Translations under genes and position numbers: made by a program
Part shown: one piece after another, positions 16,320 through 27,799 of the stretch
How the letters are laid out: each line of letters opens with the position of its first letter
How positions within the stretch are numbered: position 1 is the first letter of the stretch
Notes under the pieces: generated by a model
What the model was told of the DNA's origin: nothing
Database searches by the model: none
What the model saw: the letters and a program-made list of their open reading frames with translations, nothing else
NCBI RefSeq assembly: GCF_009914755.1
Contig: NC_060938.1
Length of the DNA stretch: 64,000 bases
Strand: one strand, 5' to 3'
From: the human T2T-CHM13v2.0 reference genome, Homo sapiens

Positions 16320-16361
<42 letters not shown>
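16319..16361. repeat. (GTT)n microsatellite
   Basis: About 13 uninterrupted GTT units. Confidence 0.97.
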
Positions 16362-16529
16362 CATCGTCATCTTGATCACACTAGCTCACTGTTCTTTAAA
16401 AACTCAGAAATTGGCCAGTTAGGTCAGCTGTAGGTCAAGACTTGGAAAAAAGGCTTCCTGTGGGGCGTTGCCTAACCCAGAGGGTCTTTACAGGTGTGTC
16501 TGGGACACCAAAGCTCCTCTCTCCACTCG

Positions 16530-16830
16530 GCCATCCTAATTAGCTTTTATGCAAACAGCCTCATCAGATTTAATACAAATCTCTCTCTCCCAACAAGAAG
16601 TCTCATGACATCACCCGGCTCCAGGGAAGCTGGGAAGATGGCCTTCCATTTGACGGAAGAGGAGGATTAGTTTTTATGACCTGCCCCTGCTAATGTGCGT
16701 TTAGACGAAGTGGGATGATCAATACAAGTGGAGGATGCTGATTTGACTCGCCGGAGTTGATTGAGGAAAGGGCATTGCTCCCCCTTCCATTTTTATAAAT
16801 CACTTTAAAGGCCTATCGATCTTCCACTGG
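16530..16830. promoter_or_regulatory. Candidate conserved enhancer-like element
   Basis: No recognisable TE; TAATTA 16537-16542, TTTTATG, TTTTATGAC 16672-16680. Motif evidence only. Confidence 0.4.
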
Positions 16831-18126
16831 ACACAGAGGGGCAATGACCCTGGGGGAAGCTTCTTAACCCCTTCTGCTATCCCTGCTCCTGATGTAAGCT
16901 CATCGTCTGTATGCTGTGGATGCCGGTGCAGCACCCGTGACTTAGGCCAGTGGCCGTCCCAGGCCCAAAGTCTGAGTCTGGCTGAACCCATTCATCAAGT
17001 GCTGTTTTCAGGGCATTTTGGAAATAAGGAAGCACCCCTAACTTCTACACACACGTACACACCACACACATACACACACACACACATATGCATAGGCGTG
17101 CAGGTGCCCACACAAGCACACACTTATGAGCACCATCTTAAACATACATGGAATTCTAGCACTAAGGTCAACCGAAGGCATGAAGCTCACATACAAGCAA
17201 TCAGTCTGTAAACCACCGCTTCACACCAAGACAAAAGGGCCACTTGGTGTTGCTCCAACATGTGCCTCTCTCTTCCAACTGGTGTTTTCTCAGATGTCTT
17301 TTCCAGTCCTGTTTTCATTCTCCTTGGATCCCACCACTTGAGAAGGTAAGAGAATGGTGGGTAATGCAGTTTGTTCTGGGCCACCCAAATGTCAGGGACA
17401 ACTCTGATCTGGAGGGTCCCCTCCTGCCTCCCAAGACATCACCCACACTCTAGGCGTGCTCATTACCAAGCACAAGCACAAGTGCACAAAGGCAACTCTT
17501 GCAGTGGCCTAAGATGTTATTTCAAATGCCGCCTTGAAAGAGGGCTTTGGGATATTTTTATAGCTTAGAGCAGAATTGGTCCCTGGAGCAGCGTCACGAT
17601 CAGGGATCTGCATCCCCACTTCCCTTCTTTTAGGAAAGAAAGTTGGGAATTGGTCACCCCTGCAGGCTGACACATCTCTGCTACAGCCCTTCTTGGGGAC
17701 CTTCATCATCTTGGAGGATTGGGACCCCACAGGACCACACACGGAGAGGTGGGGCCCAGCTGGCTGCCAGGAGCCCTGTGGGCTTGGGAGGCAGGTGAGT
17801 CATTGGAGGTATGGGTGTCGTGCATTACAGTGAGGGACTCCTAAGGACAGTTTCCACTGTCCTGTGATAAGCCGACCTCGGGGACCTCTGAAAGGTCATC
17901 TGCTGGCCCAACCCGGGGTCCAGTGGACACGTTTCAGGGGCTGGGGCACTGGCGCTTCTGGGAAGCAGGAAGAGGAAATGGCAGGAAGGTGAGGAGCTGC
18001 TCGGCCCCAGTCCTAACCATGAGGATGCCTCCTCCCTAGTCACAACCAGCGCCATCTCTTTTATGGAAGTGAACCCCAAACTTCCAATAGGGTACTGACT
18101 TAGACACTCTGGACTCTATCTTTTAA

Positions 18127-18280
18127 GGAAAGGGGAAAGAAAGGGGAGGGGGAGGAAAAGGAGGGAGGAAGAGAAGGAAGGGAGAGGGAGAAGGGAAGAG
18201 GGGAAGCGGAGGACAAAGGCGCCCCTTGCTGCCTCCTCCTCCCTCCCTCCCTCTGCCCCTCCCCCTCCCTGCTCTTTCTG
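18127..18280. repeat. Purine tract followed by pyrimidine tract (low complexity)
   Basis: About 85 bp GA-only run, then GGCGCC, then about 45 bp CT-rich run. Confidence 0.85.
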
Positions 18281-20224
18281 CGCCCATATTGACCCTCCAG
18301 GCCACCGTCTCCAACTTGGCTAACAGGCTGATCTTTCCAAAGCACCAAGAGATCACGTCACCTCCCACTTAAAACCCTCAGTCTCGTGCCACCAAGAGGA
18401 TAAAATCCTCTTCTGTCCTAAGCTTCCGAGCTCCCCTAGAATCTGGCCTGGGAGACCCCTCCTGAAGCCCCGCCCGCCCAGGGCCATGCACACCTCCCCA
18501 GACACCAGACGTCTCAGGGTTTACACGGGGTGCCCTCCGCGGCCCCCTTCCTGTCTTCACATCTATGTATTCTGTGTATCATTACCCCAACCTCTGATGG
18601 AGAAACAGGTTCAAAGTGATTGAGTCGCATCCCCAAGGTCGCACACGGATAAGCAACCTAAACCCAAGTCCTCATGCTCTCTTCCCCTGGGAGGGGTCGG
18701 ACATGGAGGCCCGCAGGCGTTTTCTCCACCTTCCACAGCCTTGATTGTGCGGAGGCAGCAGCGCCACCCACAGGCAGCTCTGGCTTGAATCCCAGCTTCC
18801 CCACTTCACCTGGGGGACCTTTGGTGGGTCACTGAACCCTTTGGGCTCTTCATCTGTAAAGCGAACTAAGAACACAGCCTGGGCTGACGGGGAGGATTAC
18901 TGAGAAGGAGAAATGCCATTTCCTGGGCCTTTTGCAAAATGTGTAACGGACATCCGCTAGCAGAAAGTCTGAAACTAGATTTCACCACTTGGGAGGTGGG
19001 AGAGCGGTGGGTAGGGGGGTTTGATCTGAGCCACCCCAGATTTCAGGGCCAACGCTGATCTGGAAGCTCCTGGGGACTTCTGAGACTCTCCATCCCCTGG
19101 CATTAGAAAATGTACAGGGAAGCACGCTGGAAACCAGGAAGCTCTAGGCAAGTGTAGATTACCATGACCAAGCCTGGGCTGGGAAGAGGAAGAGAGGACA
19201 GAGCCAGGCTGGGAGGGAGCCAGAAAACACTCTTGTGGGCTGGGCTCTAGCAAAAAGTGCTGATTTGGGGAATCCGTGGATTAGAGAAGAATCTCTTTGC
19301 CTATATCTTGCTGTGTGACCATGGGTAAAGTCCCAAACTTCTCTGAACCTCAGTTCCCACAGCTATAAAACCAGGATATTGGGCCAGCCTCCTAGATCTT
19401 TGCAGGTATCAGCTGTCTATGAAGTGTCACCCACTCGTACCACCTCTGTTCCGTGAGACACGGTCACCTCACCACCTTGGGAGGCGTTGTTGCTTCCATT
19501 TCCAATGTGAGCAAACGGAGGCTCTGTGAACCGTGTTCCCAAGGTTGCAGAAGGAGAAGGGGCCGGGCCAGAAGCAGAACCAGCTCCATCTGCCCTCCAG
19601 GGCGGTGCTCTGCCGCAGTCCCTGAGATGGCTGCCCTCCCTCCGTGCAGGCGCTGGCCTGAACAGGCTGGCCCAGGGCCCCCCAAGCCTTCCATGCTGGT
19701 GGGAGGGCCGCCTGCACAGCCAGTGCGTCCTCCTCGGCGGCCCGTGCCAAGCAGCCCTGCCCAGACCGCACGAGGAGCTGGCCACGACCTGCCAGGCCCG
19801 CTAAGCCCCTCCCGCCTGTTTCTCATTTAGAGCAAGCCCCGGCTGCAGCCCAGACATTCCAGAGGGGACAGTCAGACGCCAAGCCCGCCCATGGCTTGGG
19901 AAACCGGGCTGCAGGCAGCCCCGTGGTCAGGAAGCTCCACAATGTTTTCCCCTCCCTGTCGACATTTTAAAAGTTGCTTAACCCCTGGAGAAGTCTGGTC
20001 CACTCTTTTGGGGCCCGGCTGAACTGAGCCATCCCTGACCCTGGCATTCAAGGGCTCCATGGCCAGGAATAAAAATGACTCTGTAGATGAGCTGGACTCC
20101 CCATGGTTCCCAGGCTCTCCTGGCTCAGACCTCCTTCTCCAGCTCTTTGTTCTGGCTGGTCTCCACCTCTGAGACAGCCTCCCTTCCAGCTGGGAGTCCT
20201 GAGGCTTCCTGGTGGAGGAGGCAT

Positions 20225-20460
20225 CAGAACAATACAATTGCCACTAATTAGGTGTCAGCTGCTGGCTGAAGTGAACACCCCCACTTACCCCCGCTCCCAG
20301 AAGATGCAGGTGGAATCGCTCTAGCTGTCCCTGGAAGAATCCTACCCTTCACACAGCCTTGAGTGCGTTAATTATAGATTGCCGCCTAATGACATAAGTA
20401 GCGTTCCTGAATTCCGCCAAAGTGACAATTTGCCATCAACATAAAGCCGCTGCCCGCGCT
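20225..20460. promoter_or_regulatory. Candidate conserved enhancer-like element
   Basis: AACAAT/ACAAT (SOX-like), TAATTA twice (20245, 20369), TGTCAG (20253), TAATGACA. Confidence 0.45.
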
Positions 20461-20689
20461 GCTAGCTGGCCGGGCATCCGGGCGCGAGGCTCTGCGCTCC
20501 TCCCGGCCCCTCCCTCCGCCACCCTGCCCAGCACCTGGATGACGCTTGCTTGGCTTGCTAGTCAAAATACATCCTTTTCCCTGTCACCGCTGCCATCTCA
20601 GCCCCCAAAAGTAGGGCCTCTTCTTTTTTCCTTCATCTTTTTTTTTTGCCCTGATTTATCAACCCTTGCTGATGGAACCAAGGGCTTTT

Positions 20690-21650
20690 AAAAACTGTTC
20701 CCACAGAATGGCAGTTCCTCAAAAAACTAAAAATAGCATGATCATTGGTCCCAGCACTTCCGCTTCTGGGTATACACCCAGAAAATGAGAGGCAGCATCT
20801 CCAACAGATATTTGCACACCCGTGCACACAGCCGCGCTTTTCACAATAGCCGAAAGGCCCAAAGACAGCGGAAGCAGCGCCAGAGTCCCTGGACAGATGA
20901 ATGAGTAAATAAGACATGGTGTATATGTACAGTGGAATATGGTTCCGCCTTAAAAAGGAAGGAGATTCTGGTGTGTTCTACAACGTGGGTGAACCTTGAA
21001 AACACTATGCTAGGTGAAATAAGCCAGACACAAAAGGATAAATACTGTAAGACTCCATTTATACAAGATACCCAAAGTGGTCAAAATCATAGACAGAAAC
21101 CAGAATGGAGACTTCCAGGGGCTGGGGGAGTGGGGAATGGGGAGGTGTTATTTAATGGGGACAGAGTTTCTGTTTGGGAGGACGAAAGGAGAACTCCTTG
21201 TAGCAAATGAAGCCAACACAGAGAAAAGCAGAAGTGTGGGGATATGTCAGGGAGAGAGAGAAAGAGGGAGAGAGAGAGAGGGAGAGGGAGAGTCAGGTGG
21301 GGGTGATTGTCACTGTGTCTGAACACCTGGATCCAGCCATGCCTGAAGCTAGACTTATCTCCTTGGACTTTAATGCATTCCATTTTATCCTTAAGCCATT
21401 TCAAGTGGGGTTTCTGTCACTTGTACCCAAAATAATCCTGTTTGATAAGAAATGGATTTTCACAATTAATCCATGTCAACTTTCGCCCCCTGGGGTTCCC
21501 TCTCCCCGTATTCCTTAGGGTATTCTAGATGGATGTACCATTCATGGGACACAACAATGTGAATGTACTTGATGCTACTGAAAAACTGCTGAGATGGTCA
21601 ATTCTATGTCTATTTCACCACCATTTTAAGCATTGGTTTAAAAAAAAGAA
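20690..21650 (+). mobile_element. L1MB-like 3' end, interrupted by a 333-bp templated insertion
   Basis: ORF2 C-terminus (MEYGSALKRKEIL...ISQTQKDKYC), then 3'UTR TTTAATGGGGACAGAGTTTCTGTTTGGGAGG, which resumes after 21528 as ATGGATG...ACAACAATGTGAATGTACTT. Confidence 0.85.
21196..21528 (+). repeat. Inserted copy of 22487-22837 (non-tandem direct duplication)
   Basis: Identical except for one C/T substitution and an 18-bp GA-microsatellite length difference. Confidence 0.97.
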
Positions 21651-22036
21651 AGCAGTTCCCCATCTCCCCGACAGGGGACCATCTGAGGCTGGGGAAGGCA
21701 GAGTCTCCGACAGGCCCTGAGCCTCTCCCAGGGCCCGGGGCAGCCAGAGCTCAGACCCAGCTTGGTCTTCTCAAGGGCCTGCAAAGGGAGTGAGGCGAAG
21801 TGGCCGGGCCAGGGATGCATGTGCTGTAAGAAGCAGGGCAAGGATGGGAATCCAACCCTGACACCACTGATGTGGCCTCTCTGCAGGACAGAAAAACACA
21901 TTCAATAAAGGAGACTCCTCCGCCCCTCCCAGAGACTGCACCGGATGTGATGCAGCTGGAAGAAAGGAAGTTCCTTCCGTAAGATCTGACAATGAAAGTT
22001 TGTCTATCTGTTCCCCAAGCCACACACACACACACG

Positions 22037-22081
22037 GGACAGGGACAGGACAGGGGACAGGGACAGGACAGGGGACAGGGA
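22037..22081. repeat. (GGGACA)n-like G-rich repeat after (CA)n
   Basis: GGGACAGGGACAGGACAGGGGACAGGGACAGGACAGGGGACAGGG. Confidence 0.85.
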
Positions 22082-22399
22082 TGAGGGCCACATTCTCCTT
22101 GACCAGGTCCCTTACTTAACCACCCTAATGGCCCCCCACAAATGCAGAGCATGATGGGAAAGCACAATAATGGGCCAGGCATGGTGGGTGATGGATGTGT
22201 TTTCGTCTGACCAGCCACCCTCCCCTTAACTATGCCTGGGCCATGTGGGTTGGCCAAGGCTGCCCCATCCCCAGCTCCAAGGTGGGCACATGACCCAGGC
22301 CTGGCCAACGAGAGCCTGACCACCAAATGACCGTAGATGGCCTCAGAGACAGACATGAAGCCGAAGTGAGTCAGTCACAGGAAGTATACTCCAGACCCT

Positions 22400-22755
22400 T
22401 AGCTGGAATGACTGAGAAATGTGCTGCCTCCTTCCTCAAGGCTGAATGAGCTGCTAAGTTTGGAGCTGCTTGTGCCATCTCTGCCACCTTGTAGCAAATG
22501 AAGCCAACACAGAGAAAAGCAGAAGTGTGGGGATATGTCAGGGAGAGAGAGAAAGAGGGAGAGAGAGAGAGGGAGAAGGAGAGGGAGAGGGAGAGGGAGA
22601 GTCAGGTGGGGGTGATTGTCACTGTGTCTGAACATCTGGATCCAGCCATGCCTGAAGCTAGACTTATCTCCTTGGACTTTAATGCATTCCATTTTATCCT
22701 TAAGCCATTTCAAGTGGGGTTTCTGTCACTTGTACCCAAAATAATCCTGTTTGAT
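22400..22755 (+). mobile_element. Old MLT1 (J/K-like) LTR 3' part; duplication donor
   Basis: GAAGCCAACACAGAG...CTGGATCCAGCCATGCCTGAAGC...TTAAGCCATTTCAAGTGGGGTTTCTGTCACTTG. Confidence 0.75.
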
Positions 22756-22817
22756 AAGAAATGGATTTTCACAATTAATCCATGTCAACTTTCGCCCCCT
22801 GGGGTTCCCTCTCCCCG

Positions 22818-23130
22818 TATTCCTTAGGGTATTCTAGGTGCTATAACAGACAACCTCAAATCTCAGGGTCTCAATACAGCCAGAATTTACTTCTGACTCA
22901 CACCTCCGTCCGTGGTAGAGAAGGGGAGGTGAGTGGGGGGCTGGCCTGGCTGCAAGGAACCTACATTCCTTCTATCAAGTGGACCCATCTCCTACCCACC
23001 CCCCAGGGTCTTAGGGTGCCCCACTGGGGTCTCTGTATCTGCCCTGAGGAATGAGGGGCCAGAGTACCATGAGATGACACAGTTGCTTCTCACAGCTCAC
23101 ACAGAGGAGATGGTCCCAACAACCAGGGGA
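22818..23130 (-). mobile_element. Old MLT1 LTR fragment
   Basis: GCTATAACAGACAACCTCAAATCTCAG...ATTTACTTCTGACTCACA is a reverse MLT1 3' end. Confidence 0.55.
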
Positions 23131-25593
23131 AGAGGAGGCCCCTGGGGGGCACAGCGTGTCTGTCCGTCCTACCTCTTCCCTGGTGGGCCTCACAGCTGGA
23201 CTAGCAGCGTCTGCCTGCCTTCCCCTCACCCTCTACCCTCCTGCCTCAACTACAGTTTCAACTGGGTGGCCTGGGGCCTTTCTCCTCCCTACAGGCTACA
23301 GGGCTGGCACGACCTGCCCTTGGGAAAGATTTGGTGGGGGCAGAGGCTGGGTAAGAACCTGGAGAAGGATGGAAGTAAAATCTTGGCCCCAGTGCTGGAT
23401 GCCTGCTCTCTCCTTGCTGGCCTTTGAGTCTTTCCTCTCCTTCCCATCCTCCGTCCTCTGTGGCTGCCCAGTCGCGACTCTCTAATGAAGACCTGAAAAG
23501 GACTCGCTACATGTGTCCTTAACCCAGTTCATTTCACAGATGGGCCACTGAGGGCCAAGGCAGAAAAGCACCTCTCTTAGGGTCCCGAGGTGAGTGGGTC
23601 ACCGGGCTGGGTCCAAACCAGGGTTCCTGCTCCCCGTCCAGTGCTCATACCCTGGGCCAGCTCCTGAGTCCTGATCCCGGAGAGGACAGACTGGGAGAAA
23701 ACTGCATTTAAGAATCATCTCCAAGTGCCAGAGCCTGTAGAAGTCAGGCTGCATCACTTCACTTCATAGATTCACAATTATAAGTGGTAGGTAATTCCCC
23801 GTTGGAGAGAAGGCAAGTTTCAGCTCAGAGAGGTGAGCAGAGCAGCCTGGCCAGCCATGAGGACCTGTAGCAGAGCCGCAGCCCAATTCCGATGCCCAGC
23901 GCCTTCCCGGGAGCCTGGCTGCAGACAGGGATGGACGGGGGATCAGTGCAGCCTGTCACTCACCTCCCTGTCCCCTGCCTCTCTTACCAGAGCTCAGCGC
24001 CAATGCTGGGGGACTGCTCCAGAGAGCATGTGAGCTGGGCTCGTGCCGGGAAAAACAAGAGGCAGGGAGAGCACGCAAATGCATGACACAAAGACGCCCG
24101 ACGCCAAGAGGGAGGAAAGGGAGCAGAGGAGACAGAGACACGGCGAGAACGAAGGCACCGCGAAAGAAAAGCTGGGAACAAAGACCTCTAATATTACTAG
24201 CTAAAAACCCATTTCACTATAAACGTTAATTCATCTACTAAATGTCAAGTGCTGTTGGCTGGAGCTGCAGTTTCTATACCTCTCCTTGTTATTAATACGT
24301 ACTTAGCGGCAGTGGGAATTAGAAGCTCCGTAATAATACCCTTCCCAAAACACTTCAGATGAAAATTTCTGTTTGAAATTTAAGGAGAATTCTATTATGG
24401 CTGCAGCACGTTATATAAAAGGCCGATGTCAGGAGCGAAGGCCTTCGTGGGTGCCCTCTGATGGCTGATATGCTTGCGCCAGGACGGAAGCCCATGGATC
24501 TGGCCATCAGTGGCCAGAGGCAGAGGAACACTCGGGCCGGCGTGGCCTGCATGTGGAAACTCCTCCATTCGGCCAACTTCCGAGCCCTCCCGCCAGCCTC
24601 CTTCGCACTCCTTCTCCCTGCTCGGTCGGGGAGCAACCACAAGGGTGTCTGGGGACCCACTCCCCTCCTGCAGGTGGGCACGGCATGTGCCTAGGCCATT
24701 GCCCCACCCCCAAACCACCTCAGTGATAGGAGTGGGAGCTTGGAGTGTGAAAATAAAGTCAGCCTTTAGACAGAACTGTTCGTCTTCCCCGAGGACTGCA
24801 GGCCTTCCCCTGTGGTTTTTGTTATTTCCTTCGGAGACTGCAAAGGACAGTGACATAATTAAGTCTATTGTCCTTCATGCATCTGTGGAGGCTGCCACCG
24901 TGGCTCCCGGTGAAAACCATACTGACCCCCAACCAGCCCCCCTGCACTGTTCCCCCTCCCATTCAGGGCAGGTCTGCTGCACCAAGGACCTTCCAAAGCC
25001 TCCATCTGACCCCTGGACACCCAGCAGCAAACCCCCTTATCCACCCACTCCGGCAAATTCCTTTGCCAGGAGCCCAAGCCCCTGCAGATGCTGGCCCACA
25101 CTGCCCTTTCCCACCTCACATCTCATTCAGCCAAGGCCTTTCACCCTCTGCACTCTGGCCAGACTGGGCTTCTCAATGTGAGTGCCTCCTTATTCCTTAG
25201 GGCCTTTGCACGTGCTGCTGCCTGGAACCTTCTTACCTCCTCCTCTGCCTGTTCGACTCCTGCTCCATCCTTCAAGCAGGCCCTCCTCTGAAAAGCCTCT
25301 GCTGGCCTCCCACCTCTCCCCAGCCTGGCTCCGTACCTCCAGCCACCATGGACACAGCTCCACACCATCTCTGTGGTAACATCTGCATGAGTGGTGCCTG
25401 GTTCTGAGCCAATCCCTTCCAGCAATCTAGAAGGTCCTTAGGGCAGGGTTTGGGCCTGATTCATCTCTGTGTTGCCAGCACGTGACACAGGGCTGCCACA
25501 TAGTAAGGGCTCAACAAAAGTTTGTTGAATAAATGAAATGTCCTGAACTAGACCTGATGCCTCTTGCTGAGCAGTTCAAGGCCAATGGAGGAA

Positions 25594-26254
25594 TGTGGCA
25601 GGTGGGGATGCACCAGCCTGGTGAGGCTGGACTACATTTCCCAGAATTCTGCTCTCTGGAGGTGTCCAGTCAGGATGAGGCCCAAGATACATCCTCATAT
25701 GGATTTGAAGGGTGGCGGTGAAGTGGCAGCTGCTTTTATGTCCACGCTCAGCCGTCCGGGACAGGCCTTTCTGCAGGCCACATGTGCTGCCTATCTGCAG
25801 GCCGGCTTCCCTGAGGTGGGCAGCACTAAGGCCTGCACCTGCTCCACCTCCCACAGGGTGCTCCTGCAGCTCTTTCATTCCTGGGCCAGGCATGTGTTGA
25901 GCTCCAAGCTGAAAGGCATCTGCTTCTTCTCTGGGCAGGACACCCTGAAGAACATCATCAGGAATGGTGGCAGCACAAGCCAACACAGATTCCTGTCTGT
26001 CCTCCTCCGTTTCAGCTCTGTGTGTGCTTCTGGCTGACTCCTGACCCCCCACTTCCCACTCTTCTGCCCAACTACCTGCTTTGCAAACTTGAAGCTCCAG
26101 CATCAGACACCAAAGCAACAGATTTACAGGGACTGCTCCAGCAGCCCCGCAGCTATGAGGTTGCGGTCAAAACCCAGGTGTAGATCCCTTTCTGTCTGTA
26201 CTCACATGTACCTTCTAGTGGTTCTGCTTCTTTGACCCAACCCTGACTGATACA
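25594..26254 (+). mobile_element. ERVL-type solo LTR (LTR41-like)
   Basis: TG start; GGACTACATTTCCCAGAATT; ends CTAGTGGTTCTGCTTCTTTGACCCAACCCTGACTGATACA. Confidence 0.65.
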
Positions 26255-27799
26255 AGAAGACACGCCCCCAGCTGGCTAACCTCCTGGACTCAAACATAAC
26301 AAGTGCTCTGAGTTGTGGATGCTGACACATCATGGAGCAGGGGAGCAAGGGGAAGCTACCGAGGGGTGACGCTTGAGCCAGCCTGGACGAGCCTGCCAGG
26401 CGGAGGGGAGGAGGATGGCCCAGGGTGAGGGTGCAGACCCAAGTGAGGTTCAGCAGTCCCACCAGGCTCCATCAGGAGCCAGCGCCCCCCCCACAGTAAA
26501 GGAGCACACCCGAGGATCTGCCGCTCCCGCCACAGGCCCGAGGGGTTGTTCAAACCCAGACCAGGTCTGTTCAGCCTTGACGCCTCCCCATAAGCCCTAT
26601 CACAGAGGATGAAGACCAACCAAGGGAGCAAATGGTCTGAGCCAAAGAGAAAGTCAGAAGGGCGGGTATGGGCATTTTCTATGGAGAAAAGGGTGGCAGA
26701 GGAGGAGTTTGGCCCATCTAAGAATAGAGTGCAGCTCTGCTCCACTCCCCAGGAGAACCCAGGGAAGTGGCAAGCCCAACAGCAACCTGGCTGTGGCTGC
26801 AGGAGGGCCTGGGGAGGCCACCAACAGCTCTCAAGTGCTCCCGGGACTCTCTGCTGGCCCGAAAGTGACTGGGAGAGGATTTCTCTTGGAAGGCAAGGAA
26901 CATGGTCAAACCACATAAGAGAAAAGGAGGTGTCAGCAGTGTCAACGTGGACAGACGATGGCTACAGGTGGACATGCCTAGCCCTGCTACAAGCTCCTTA
27001 GCATGCAGGCTCATCTCCAGGGAGGGAGGTGACCCCAAATTGACGGGGTTAAGTTTCTGTCGTTTGGAATTTAGTTCAGTCATAAAACCTCCAAGGAGGT
27101 CCCTGGCACACCCCCAGGTAGTGGCCTGGGATTTGCATAAGAGACAGGTCTCCAAGTTCATATATCAAAATGCCCCCCGTGAGTTCCCTGGCATTAGAAA
27201 TGTGGCCACTTCTGGAGGGGCCGACAGCCACGGGGGAAGGATTTCCAGCAACAGTGGAAAAAGCCAAGGCAAGAATTAAAACTAACCAGCAAATCCAATT
27301 GGAAACAGCAGGGGAATTTGCTGTGAAAGTTGGTTTCAAGCACACCCCGTCCGTAATTACTCATTTTGAAAGTGTCACGATTTCTCCTGCCAAAATTATG
27401 GCTTCCCATCACTTGTTAAACCCCTTTCACACCACTCTTTCTTCACTCTGCAAAAATGGATTTCACTCAAAAAAGAAATTAGAAAAATAATTGATGTAAT
27501 AACCATAACCTTGAAAATACTTCTGCCAGAATTTCAGAGCAGAAGGGAAAGAAGGCCCAAAATAAAGGCATCTCTCTGGAAATCAGAAACCCAAATTAGT
27601 TCTACACCCTGGCTGCACCCACTTCTCCGCCAACTCCCTGCAGGTGAACAGGAGTGAGCTCTGTTCCCACCCACAAAGAGACAGGACCTGACACTGCCTC
27701 TGCATGCACAGAGCTCAGACCTTGGATGCCACAGCCAGAAAGGAAAGGCCAGCTGGCCCTCCCCCGACCCCCTGTTTTTTCAGAAGGGGAAATTTAGGC

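Noticed and set aside
18031-18043. PRDM9-like CCTCCCTAGTCAC
   Set aside because: It mismatches a fixed position of CCNCCNTNNCCNC, and a single degenerate hit is expected by chance.
21207-22827. Two near-identical 103/109-aa ORFs resembling a duplicated gene
   Set aside because: They are a by-product of the DNA duplication of MLT1 LTR and GA-microsatellite sequence.
24474-25181. Longest ORF (235 aa)
   Set aside because: Non-ATG start, no recognisable domain and GC-rich context; consistent with chance.
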